The notes beneath the pieces are model-generated. The model made no database searches, was not told where the DNA came from, and saw only the letters and a list, made by a program, of their open reading frames with translations. The translations under genes and the position numbers were made by a program. A stretch of 41,153 nucleotides of DNA from an uncultured Christensenellaceae bacterium (GTDB lineage: Bacteria > Bacillota > Clostridia > Christensenellales > Aristaeellaceae): contig CAJOPV010000066.1 in the NCBI GenBank assembly GCA_905236495.1, positions 1 to 41,153 on the forward strand, given 5' to 3'. This document shows positions 16,171 through 24,233 of this stretch, piece by piece; position 1 is the first letter of the stretch; every line of letters begins with the position of its first letter.

Positions 16171-17487
16171 CTAAAGTGCTTTTGCCGTCAGGTCGTAGGT
16201 ATCCGCCCCGGTGATCTTTGCCTGGACGAACTGCCCTTCCTGAAGCGGCTGATCGCTCAACAGGGCGATCTCGCCGTCCGCGTCCGGCGCCTCCCATTGG
16301 GATCTGGCGGTGTAATGCAATCCGTTGTGCCCGGTCACCAGCACCGTTTGGACGCTGCCCAGGCGGCTTTGATTGCGCCGGAGGCTGATGCGGGCCTGCA
16401 GGGCCATGAGACGGTCCAGGCGCTCCTGCTTGACCTCCTCCGGCACCTGATCGGGGAAGGCGGCGGCGGGGGTATCCTCCTCCGGGGAATAGGCGAAGGC
16501 TCCCATGCGGTCAAAGGCCGTTTCCTCGGTGAAATCCAGGAGACGCTTAAAATCATCCTCCGTTTCTCCGGGAAAGCCCACGATGAAGGTGGTGCGCAGG
16601 CAGAAGCCCATTTCCCGGGCGGCGGCGAGCATTTCCTTCGTGTGTTCTGCGGCGCCGCGCCGGTTCATTTTCTTAAGCAATCCCGGCGACGCATGCTGCA
16701 GGGGCAGATCCAGGTACTTGCAGATGTTTTCCCGGGCCGCCATGGTTTCCAGGAGGCCCATGTCCGTTTCATCGGGATACATGTACAGGCTGCGCAGCCA
16801 TTTAACCCCGGGGAGGACGGCGGCCTCCTTCAAAAGCTCGGCAAGGGAGGAACCGATATCGGCGCCGTATCGGGTGGTATCCTGGGCGATGAGAATATGC
16901 TCCCGCACGCCCTGATCGGAAAGCGCCCTGATCTCCGCTAAAATATCCTTCATGGGCCGGGAACGGTAGGGGCCCCGGATCAGGGGGATGGCGCAGTAGG
17001 TGCAGCGGTTGTCGCAGCCGTCGCCCGTTTTGACGTAGGCGGAATAGGCCGGGGTCGTCAGGATGCGCCCGCACTCAAAAAAGCCGGAGGACCTGGCGGT
17101 ATCCGCCGGGCGGCTGCCGGAAAGGGCGTTTTCAAGGTGCTCGGTCAAATGGGCGTACTGGGCCACCCCCAGCAGGCAGTCGATCTCCGGCATGTCCCGG
17201 AGCAGATCGTCCTTATACCGCTGGGCCAGGCAGCCGGTGACGCAGAGCAATCTGCACCGGCCCGTTTTTTTGTATTCCGCCATTTCCAGGATGGCGTCGA
17301 TGGATTCCTCCTTGGCGGGGGCGATAAAACCGCAGGTATTCACGATCAGGATATCCGCGTCCTTTGGCTCCTTGGTGATGCGCACCCCCGCGTCCCGAAG
17401 CAGGGACAGCATCTGCTCCGAATCCACCCGGTTTTTTACGCACCCCAGGGAAATCATCCCCGCGGTGAGGCCGTTCAGCTTTGCCAT
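16171..17487 (-). CDS. rimO: Ribosomal protein S12 methylthiotransferase RimO (MiaB-family radical SAM)
   Basis: 438 aa with a UPF0004 N-domain (ISLGCVKNRVDSE, NTCGF), the radical SAM motif CDNRCTYC and a C-terminal TRAM-like domain. The length and end sequence are RimO-like rather than MiaB-like. Confidence 0.75.
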   Translation of the reverse strand: MAKLNGLTAGMISLGCVKNRVDSEQMLSLLRDAGVRITKEPKDADILIVNTCGFIAPAKEESIDAILEMAEYKKTGRCRLLCVTGCLAQRYKDDLLRDMPEIDCLLGVAQYAHLTEHLENALSGSRPADTARSSGFFECGRILTTPAYSAYVKTGDGCDNRCTYCAIPLIRGPYRSRPMKDILAEIRALSDQGVREHILIAQDTTRYGADIGSSLAELLKEAAVLPGVKWLRSLYMYPDETDMGLLETMAARENICKYLDLPLQHASPGLLKKMNRRGAAEHTKEMLAAAREMGFCLRTTFIVGFPGETEDDFKRLLDFTEETAFDRMGAFAYSPEEDTPAAAFPDQVPEEVKQERLDRLMALQARISLRRNQSRLGSVQTVLVTGHNGLHYTARSQWEAPDADGEIALLSDQPLQEGQFVQAKITGADTYDLTAKAL

Positions 17488-17531
17488 GGCGTTATTTCCT
17501 CGCTTTCGTAGGGCCGGAAAGCCCGGGCATT

Positions 17532-17561
17532 ATTGTATCATATCCGAGGGGACGGAAACAA
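17532..17561 (-). promoter_or_regulatory. Candidate promoter for rimO
   Basis: On the minus strand: TTGTTT (17561-17556), 18-nt spacer, TGaTACAAT (hexamer 17537-17532). Confidence 0.4.
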
Positions 17562-17573
17562 GGCCTTTCCTGT

Positions 17574-17602
17574 TTGAATTTCTCATATACCCGTGCTATA
17601 AT
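17574..17602 (+). promoter_or_regulatory. Sigma-A-type promoter for the FAD-protein/dtd/MBL/hemZ/GT2 gene string
   Basis: TTGAAT (17574-17579), 17-nt spacer, TGcTATAAT (hexamer 17597-17602), 31 nt upstream of ATG 17634. Confidence 0.6.
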
Positions 17603-17633
17603 ACTCTCGATTACGGAAAGGAGGCGGCGCGGC

Positions 17634-19238
17634 ATGATCCGAATTGGCAATCTGAAAGTGCCCCTGGACGCGGACGCAGACGCGCCGCTTAAGATCGCGC
17701 TGCAAAAGATCAAGGCGGACGAGGGCCGGGTGATCTCCTGGCGGATCGGCAAAAAAAGCGTGGACGCCCGGGACAAGGGAAACGTGCATTTCGTGATGGC
17801 GGTGGACGTAGCCCTGAAAGGGGAAGAAAAGCTGCTCAAAGCCTTGAAGCCCGGCGTCGCCTCCCCCGTACAGCCGCCCTACGCGCCGCCGGCGGTGAGG
17901 GGAGAGTACCGGGGGCTTCGGCCCGTGATCGCCGGGTTCGGCCCGGGGGGCATGTTCGCCGCCCTGACGCTGGCCCGGGCCGGGCTGCGCCCCATCGTTC
18001 TGGAGCGGGGCCAAAGGGTGGAGGAACGAAAGAAAACCGCAGCCGTGTTCGCGGAGACGGGGAAGCTGGACCCCGAAAGCAACATTCAATTTGGCGAGGG
18101 CGGCGCGGGGGCCTTTTCCGACGGGAAGCTGACCACGGGCATCAAGGACCCGAGATGCCAATTCGTATTGAATGAATTGCATGCCCACGGCGCGCCGGAG
18201 GAAATCCTTTATCTGGCCCGGCCCCATATCGGCACGGATCGGCTTCCCCAGGTCGTCAGAGCCATCCGGGAGGAGATCGCTGCGCTGGGCGGGGATATTT
18301 TCTTTTCCATGAAGCTGACCGAAATCCGGCTGCGGCATAACGCGCTGGAGGCGGTAATCTGCCGCGGCCCTGAGGGAGAGAGGGAATTCCCCGCGGACTG
18401 CTTGATCCTCGCCATCGGGCACAGCGCGGCGGATACCCAGCGGATGCTTTATTACGCCGGGGTGAACATGATCCAGAAGCCCTTTTCCGTAGGCGCCCGG
18501 ATCGAGCATCCCCAAGCCCTCATCAACCGCAGCCAGTACGGCGGCTTTGCCCGCCATCCGGCGTTGGGCGCGGCGGAATACCATCTTTCCTGCCGCCTGC
18601 CGGACGGGCGGGGGGCCTATACCTTCTGCATGTGCCCCGGCGGCACGGTGGTGCCCGCCGCCAGCCGGGAAGGGGGATTGTGCGTCAACGGCATGAGCGC
18701 CTTTGCCCGGGACGGAGTGAACGCCAACGCAGCGCTTTTGGTGGATGTGCGGCCTCAGGACTTTGGCGACGATCATCCTCTTTCGGGCTTTGCCCTCCAG
18801 CGCGCCTGGGAGGAAAAGGCCTTCCGGGCGGGGGGAGGCGATTACCGGGCCCCGGTGCAGCGGGCGGAGGACCTGATGCAAAGCAGGCCCACCGTGAAGC
18901 TGGGGGACGTGACGCCCACCTATCGCCCCGGCGTTGCCTGCGCCGATTTTCGGGATATCCTGCCCTCCTTTGCCTATCAGGGCCTGCAGGGGGCCATCCG
19001 CGCCTTCGACCGGCAATTGAAGGGCTTTTACCTGCCCGACGCGGTGCTGACGGCGGTGGAGAGCCGCTCCTCCTGCCCGGTGAGGGTGACGCGGGATCAG
19101 CGGTTTGAAAGCAGCGTGGGCGGCGTGTATCCCTGTGGGGAAGGCGCGGGCTATGCCGGGGGCATCATGAGCGCTGCGGTGGATGGCGTAAGGGCAGCGG
19201 AAGCGGCCATGAAAAACGCGGGGATCATGGAGGAATAA
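17634..19238 (+). CDS. FAD/NAD(P)-dependent oxidoreductase (COG2509-type uncharacterised FAD-dependent dehydrogenase)
   Basis: The start is trimmed from track 17481 to ATG 17634 (MIRIGNLKVPLD...), with GGAAAGGAGG at 17615-17624. The dinucleotide-binding motif is IAGFGPGGMFAALTLARAG. Overall resemblance is to the family that begins with a small N-terminal domain followed by an FAD domain. Confidence 0.7.
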   Translation: MIRIGNLKVPLDADADAPLKIALQKIKADEGRVISWRIGKKSVDARDKGNVHFVMAVDVALKGEEKLLKALKPGVASPVQPPYAPPAVRGEYRGLRPVIAGFGPGGMFAALTLARAGLRPIVLERGQRVEERKKTAAVFAETGKLDPESNIQFGEGGAGAFSDGKLTTGIKDPRCQFVLNELHAHGAPEEILYLARPHIGTDRLPQVVRAIREEIAALGGDIFFSMKLTEIRLRHNALEAVICRGPEGEREFPADCLILAIGHSAADTQRMLYYAGVNMIQKPFSVGARIEHPQALINRSQYGGFARHPALGAAEYHLSCRLPDGRGAYTFCMCPGGTVVPAASREGGLCVNGMSAFARDGVNANAALLVDVRPQDFGDDHPLSGFALQRAWEEKAFRAGGGDYRAPVQRAEDLMQSRPTVKLGDVTPTYRPGVACADFRDILPSFAYQGLQGAIRAFDRQLKGFYLPDAVLTAVESRSSCPVRVTRDQRFESSVGGVYPCGEGAGYAGGIMSAAVDGVRAAEAAMKNAGIMEE

Positions 19239-19241
19239 AGC

Positions 19242-19691
19242 ATGCGGTGCGTGGTGCAGCGGGTTTCGGAAGCGTATGTGACGGTGGACGGCAGGGAAAC
19301 TGGCCGCATCGGGCGGGGCATCGCCGCGCTGATCGGCGTGGAAGCGGGGGATACGGAAAAGGACGCCGCTTACCTGGCGGGCAAGATCGTGAAGCTTCGC
19401 GTTTTCGAGGATGAAAAAGAGAAAATGAACCTGTCGGTGAAGGACGTGGGCGGCGGGATCCTGGCGGTGAGCCAGTTCACCTTATTGGGGGACGTCCGGG
19501 GGCAGAACCGCCCCGGCTTCACCCGGGCGGAAGCGCCGGAAAGAGCCAACGAGCTGTACGAAGCCTGCTGCGCGGAAATGAGGAGCCTGGGCGTGCCGGT
19601 GGAAAACGGCGTGTTCCGCACCCACATGATGGTGCACCTCATCAACGACGGGCCGGTGACGATCCTGCTGGACAGCCGGAAAACTTTCTGA
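19242..19691 (+). CDS. dtd: D-aminoacyl-tRNA deacylase
   Basis: 149 aa with MRCVVQRV, SQFTLLGD and NDGPVTILLDS motifs. Confidence 0.9.
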   Translation: MRCVVQRVSEAYVTVDGRETGRIGRGIAALIGVEAGDTEKDAAYLAGKIVKLRVFEDEKEKMNLSVKDVGGGILAVSQFTLLGDVRGQNRPGFTRAEAPERANELYEACCAEMRSLGVPVENGVFRTHMMVHLINDGPVTILLDSRKTF

Positions 19692-19703
19692 GAAGGAGCA
19701 GCC

Positions 19704-20297
19704 ATGAAAATCGATACCCTGGTGCTGGGCCCGGTGCAGACCAATTGCTATCTTGTGTATCTGGAGGGAAGCGGCGAGGCTGTGGCGATCGATCCGGCGG
19801 AGGAAGGAGAGAAGATCAAAGCCGCGCTGGATGGAAAGACCCTCCGGGCCATTCTTTTGACCCACGGGCATTTCGACCATACGGGAGCCCTGAAGGATTT
19901 CCCCGGCGTGCCCATTTACATCCATCCCGCCGATGATATCATGCTGGAGGACGCGGCCTTCAGCGCCGGAGGCATGATCGGGGATACGGCGCCCCGGCCC
20001 AAGGCAACGGATTATGTGCAGGAAGGCACGAAGCTGCATCTGGCGGGGCTGGATATTTCCGTCATGCACCTGCCGGGACATACCCAAGGCAGCGTTGCCT
20101 ACCTGATCGGCGATGCGCTGTTTTCGGGGGATACGCTGTTTGCCCGGGGCTTTGGGCGCACCGATCTGCCCGGAGGCAGCATGGCGGATGAAATGCGGTC
20201 CATCAAGCGTTTGCTGCGGCTGGAAAAGAACTGGATCGTTCTTCCCGGTCACGGCGAACCCACCACCCTGAACGCGGAACGGGAGTTTTTTCTATGA
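19704..20297 (+). CDS. MBL-fold metallo-hydrolase (glyoxalase II-like)
   Basis: 197 aa with the THGHFDH metal-binding motif, plus a later HLPGHT and a D...H pattern. Confidence 0.8.
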   Translation: MKIDTLVLGPVQTNCYLVYLEGSGEAVAIDPAEEGEKIKAALDGKTLRAILLTHGHFDHTGALKDFPGVPIYIHPADDIMLEDAAFSAGGMIGDTAPRPKATDYVQEGTKLHLAGLDISVMHLPGHTQGSVAYLIGDALFSGDTLFARGFGRTDLPGGSMADEMRSIKRLLRLEKNWIVLPGHGEPTTLNAEREFFL

Positions 20298-21745
20298 TCG
20301 TATCCTTTCTGACCCCCACCCCCGGCTTTGCCAACGACCTGGCGGACGTGGCGCGGATCTTCCTTGGCAATATCGACTGCCGGGTGAACGAGCCCGGCGG
20401 GGAGATGACCGTGACCCACACGGAAGCCGTGACGAATGGCTTAAGGACCTGCCGGGTGCGGATCGAAGGCCCCTTTGGGGCGGATGAAACCCGGGAAGCC
20501 CCCGTATCGCCGGATCCGCTGCTGGAAAAAAGGTATCACAAGCGGCTCATCAAGCAAACGCTGTACGACGGCATGAAGCGGGCTCTGGGCCGCACCCCGC
20601 CCTGGGGCAGCCTGACGGGCATCCGGCCCACCCGCCTTCTGTACGAGGCCATGGGCCGGGGACTGACGCTGGAGGAAGCGGAAGGGGAGACGAAAGCGCT
20701 TTTTGACGTGCGGGAGGATAAGGCGGCGCTGCTTCGGGAAATCGTACAGGTGCAGACCGGCCTGCCCCAGCCCTCCGCCCTGGACGCGGACCTGTATGTG
20801 GGCATCCCTTTCTGCGTATCCCGCTGCGCTTACTGCTCCTTTTTGAGCGGGGAAGTGGGGAAGGGAAAGGAATTGCCGCCCTACGTGAATGCCCTGGAGA
20901 GGGAAATCGAAGGCACCCTGGCCCTGATCGCCGAAAAGGGCTTGCGGCCCCGGGCGTTTTATATGGGCGGGGGCACCCCCACTGCTTTGAGCGCGGAGCA
21001 GCTGGGGCGGGTGCTTTCCGCCTGCCGGCCCTTTATCCGAAACGCCCTGGAGGTGACGGTGGAGGCCGGGCGGCCCGATACCATCGACCGGGAAAAGCTG
21101 ACCGTGATCCGGGAGGCGGGGGCCGGGCGCATTTCCATCAACCCCCAGACCATGCACGATGAAACCTTGCGGCGCATCGGCAGGCGGCACACCCGGGCCC
21201 AGACGGAGGCGGCCTATGCCCTGGCGAGGGAGGCCGGCTTTGCCCACATCAACATGGATCTGATCGCCGGGCTGCCGGGAGAAAACCTGGAGATGTTTCT
21301 TGAGACCCTTGCCTGGAGCCGGGCCCTTTCCCCGGAAAGCCTGACGGTGCACACCCTGTCCATCAAGCGCAGCAGCCTTCTGCACTTGTGGGAGGCCCAG
21401 CTGCCGGACGGGGACATGGCGGGGGACATGGTGGATGCCGGACGGCGGGAGGCGGCGGATCGGGGCATGCGGCCCTATTACCTGTACCGGCAAAAGCACA
21501 TGGCGGGAAACCTGGAAAACGTGGGCTATGCCCTGCCGGGCCGGGAATGTCTGTATAACGTGGATATGATGGAGGAAACGGGCCACGTGATGGCTGTCGG
21601 CGCCGGGGCCATCAGCAAACGGGTGGACCCAAACAGGGGCCGCATCGAACGGGCCCCCAACGTAAGCGACGTGAGCCACTATATCGCCCGGGTGGATGAA
21701 ATGCTGGCAAGGAAAAAGGAACTGTGGCGCGAGGAATGGCGGTAA
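20294..21745 (+). CDS. hemZ: HemN/HemZ-family radical SAM protein (coproporphyrinogen-dehydrogenase-like, HemZ-type N-terminal extension)
   Basis: 483 aa with the radical SAM motif CVSRCAYC, GGGTPT and a HemN_C-like end. The ATG overlaps the MBL stop (ATGA). The symbol follows common annotation; the true substrate is unknown. Confidence 0.65.
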   Translation: MIVSFLTPTPGFANDLADVARIFLGNIDCRVNEPGGEMTVTHTEAVTNGLRTCRVRIEGPFGADETREAPVSPDPLLEKRYHKRLIKQTLYDGMKRALGRTPPWGSLTGIRPTRLLYEAMGRGLTLEEAEGETKALFDVREDKAALLREIVQVQTGLPQPSALDADLYVGIPFCVSRCAYCSFLSGEVGKGKELPPYVNALEREIEGTLALIAEKGLRPRAFYMGGGTPTALSAEQLGRVLSACRPFIRNALEVTVEAGRPDTIDREKLTVIREAGAGRISINPQTMHDETLRRIGRRHTRAQTEAAYALAREAGFAHINMDLIAGLPGENLEMFLETLAWSRALSPESLTVHTLSIKRSSLLHLWEAQLPDGDMAGDMVDAGRREAADRGMRPYYLYRQKHMAGNLENVGYALPGRECLYNVDMMEETGHVMAVGAGAISKRVDPNRGRIERAPNVSDVSHYIARVDEMLARKKELWREEWR

Positions 21746-21758
21746 AGGAGGAAAAGGC

Positions 21759-22778
21759 ATGGAGGCCAGGCCAATTTTATGGATCGTGATTCCCTGTTAT
21801 AACGAGGAGCAGGTGCTGCCCCTGACGGCGCCCATGTTCCTGAAAAAGATCAGCGACCTTGCGCAGGCGGGAAAGATCAGCGAAAACAGCCGGGTTTTAT
21901 TCGTCAACGACGGCTCCCGGGATCGGACCTGGGAGATCATCTCGGATTTGGCGAAGCAGGATGAGCGCTATATCGGCATCTGCCAAAGCCGCAACCGGGG
22001 CCATCAGAACGCCGTGCTGGCGGGGCTCATGGAGGCCCGGGACAGGTGTGATATCACCATTTCCATCGACTGCGACGGGCAGGACGATATCAACGCCATG
22101 GATGAGATGGTGGACGCTTACCTGCAGGGCAGCGAGATCGTTTATGGCGTCCGCTCCAAACGGGATACGGATACCTTTTTCAAACGCTTTACCGCCGAGG
22201 GCTTTTATAAGCTGATGAACGCCCTGGGGGCGGAGGTGGTCTTCAACCACGCGGATTATCGGCTGGTGAGCAGCAGGGTGCTGAATCATTTTGCCGATTT
22301 TGAGGAAGTGAATATTTTCCTTCGGGGCATGTTCCCGCTGGTGGGGTTCAAGCATTCAACGGTTTATTACGAACGGGCGGAGCGCCTGGCGGGGGAAAGC
22401 CACTATCCCTTAAGAAAAATGCTGGCCCTGGCCTTTAACGGCATCACCAGCCTGTCGGTGAAGCCCATTTCCATCATTACGGGCATCGGGGTGGTATTCA
22501 GCCTCATCGGCGTGATCTTCGCCGTCTGGGCCGTTATCGAGGCCATCCTGGGCCACACCGTAGCCGGCTGGGCCTCTACTGTCTGCATCGTGTGCCTGCT
22601 GGGGGGCATCCAGCTCATCAGCCTGGGGGTCATCGGGCAGTACGTGGGCAAAACCTACATGGAAACCAAGCGCCGCCCCCGGTATATCATCAGCGACCGT
22701 ACCTGGGAGGAAAACCGGCGCCATTGGATCGAGGAAACGGAACAGAAAAAGGATGCCGGGCGTGACGGAAACGCTTGA
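21759..22778 (+). CDS. Family 2 glycosyltransferase, GtrB/polyprenyl-phosphate glycosyltransferase-like with C-terminal TM helices
   Basis: The start is trimmed from track 21696 to ATG 21759 (AAAGGAGG at 21744-21751). Motifs are IVIPCYNEE, NDGSRD and DCDGQDD (DxD). Two C-terminal hydrophobic helices are present. Confidence 0.8.
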   Translation: MEARPILWIVIPCYNEEQVLPLTAPMFLKKISDLAQAGKISENSRVLFVNDGSRDRTWEIISDLAKQDERYIGICQSRNRGHQNAVLAGLMEARDRCDITISIDCDGQDDINAMDEMVDAYLQGSEIVYGVRSKRDTDTFFKRFTAEGFYKLMNALGAEVVFNHADYRLVSSRVLNHFADFEEVNIFLRGMFPLVGFKHSTVYYERAERLAGESHYPLRKMLALAFNGITSLSVKPISIITGIGVVFSLIGVIFAVWAVIEAILGHTVAGWASTVCIVCLLGGIQLISLGVIGQYVGKTYMETKRRPRYIISDRTWEENRRHWIEETEQKKDAGRDGNA

Positions 22779-22803
22779 CGCTTTTGCCCATTGAGAGTAT
22801 AAT
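22775..22803 (+). promoter_or_regulatory. Sigma-A-type promoter for the SecD-like gene
   Basis: TTGACG (22775-22780, overlapping the GT2 stop), 17-nt spacer, TATAAT (22798-22803). The leader carries an 8-bp hairpin AGACGCCC/GGGCGTCT (22817-22837). Confidence 0.6.
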
Positions 22804-22862
22804 AGCACGGTATATGAGACGCCCGTATGGGGCGTCTGACCGCAGAGAGGAAGAGATGAACG

Positions 22863-24164
22863 ATGGCGAAGTCCACGAAGAACCGTACCCCCATGAGCGC
22901 CGGGAGCAAAGGCATCATTTGCCTGGCTGTTCTGCTGGCGCTGACTGTTTTTGTATCCTGGCTTTCCGTTTTCGGGCTCAGCTGGGGCGATAACGGCATG
23001 AATACGCTGCTGCCCTGGGTGCCCGTCAGCAGTGAAAACTGGCCTCAGAGCCTGCCGCTGAACCGGGCGCTCGGCGGCGGCAACGCTTATGATTATACCG
23101 CCGCGCTGCCCGAGGGGAGCGAAGGGGACCTCAGCCAGGAAACGGCAGACGCCGTGCAGGTGATCCGTCAGCGTCTCAGCAAAATGAACGAAGCGGACGC
23201 CGCCGTATCCGAAAAGGACGGCACCGTGCGCATCGAGCTTCGCAGCATGGATGCCTCCCGCCTTTCCAGCGTGCTTTCCATGGCGGTGATGCCGGGGCAG
23301 TTTGAATTCACCTCCGGCGGCACAGCGATCCTGACGGAAGAGGATATCGCCGACGCCCAGCTTTCCCTGAACTCCGCCCGCAATGGCTATAACCTGGTGC
23401 TGAAGACCACGGCGGAAGGGGCCGAAAAGCTGGCGAATTCCGGCGCCTCCTACGTCGCCATTACCTGCGACGGGGAATCCATTTCCACTTACGCTTCCGT
23501 TTCCGGCGATACCATCACCGCCACCATGGGCTCCACCCAGAACGGCTACAACACCGGGGTCAATATGGCCTTCCTGCTGGATACCGGCGCGGTGGATGTG
23601 AATTTGACCCAGGGCGCCGTCACCCCGGTGGACGCCACCTCCGCTTCCGTTAAGACAATCTTCCTGATCGCCGCGGCGATCCTGCTGGTATGCGGGCTGG
23701 TTTATCTGCTCGTTTCCGGCAAGCTCACGGGCCTTTCCGGGTTCCTGACGGTGTGGTGCGCCGTGGTGCTGACGATGTTCTTTGTCGCCACCATCGTGGT
23801 GCCCTCTGCTTCCGTCATCGCGCTGACGGTGGGGTGTCTTGTGGCGATCCTGCTGGGGCTGCTGCTGGCGCTTTATACCGCCGTGGCCCGGACCGACGCC
23901 GTCGCCGCCCAGATCAAAGAAGGCTCCACCCCCAAACAGGCCGTCAAGTTCGGCTTCCGGGCCGCCGCCAAGAACGTGTGGATCGTCCACGGCGCGGTGC
24001 TTTTGATCGCGTTGATCCTGATGATCTTCCCCTTCTCCCGTGCCGCCGGGTATGCCCTGGCTGCGGGCGTAGCGGGCAGCGCCATCACCGCCTGCCTGAT
24101 GCGGGCGTTCCTGGGCTGTTTTACCGCCATCACGGGCAAAGCGTCCCTGTTTGGCAAGAAGTAA
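22863..24164 (+). CDS. Divergent SecD-like membrane protein (SecD/SecF family), no adjacent SecF
   Basis: 433 aa. It has an N-terminal TM and a periplasmic segment with SecD-like strings ADAVQVIRQRLSKMNEADAAVSEKDGTVRIELRS and MPGQFEFT. A C-terminal multi-TM bundle contains IKEGSTPKQAVKFGFRAAAKNVW, resembling the SecD TM4-TM5 loop. Confidence 0.6.
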   Translation: MAKSTKNRTPMSAGSKGIICLAVLLALTVFVSWLSVFGLSWGDNGMNTLLPWVPVSSENWPQSLPLNRALGGGNAYDYTAALPEGSEGDLSQETADAVQVIRQRLSKMNEADAAVSEKDGTVRIELRSMDASRLSSVLSMAVMPGQFEFTSGGTAILTEEDIADAQLSLNSARNGYNLVLKTTAEGAEKLANSGASYVAITCDGESISTYASVSGDTITATMGSTQNGYNTGVNMAFLLDTGAVDVNLTQGAVTPVDATSASVKTIFLIAAAILLVCGLVYLLVSGKLTGLSGFLTVWCAVVLTMFFVATIVVPSASVIALTVGCLVAILLGLLLALYTAVARTDAVAAQIKEGSTPKQAVKFGFRAAAKNVWIVHGAVLLIALILMIFPFSRAAGYALAAGVAGSAITACLMRAFLGCFTAITGKASLFGKK

Positions 24165-24176
24165 GGAAAGCGTGGT

Positions 24177-24217
24177 GGGTGCCGGGCATTGCCGGCACCC
24201 TCTTTTTACTTTTTTTT
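24177..24217 (+). terminator. Rho-independent terminator after the SecD-like gene
   Basis: 9-bp stem GGGTGCCGG (24177-24185) / CCGGCACCC (24192-24200), followed by TCTTTTTACTTTTTTTT. Confidence 0.8.
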
Positions 24218-24233
24218 GACCTGGAGGGTTTTC

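Noticed and set aside
17481-17633. N-terminal extensions implied by the ORF track for several genes (17481, 21696, 24189, 26507, 32233, 32892, 5674, 40290, 1687, 36290)
   Set aside because: The extended parts overlap upstream genes, promoters or terminator hairpins and lack RBSs. In each case an internal ATG or GTG with a good Shine-Dalgarno matches the usual family N-terminus.
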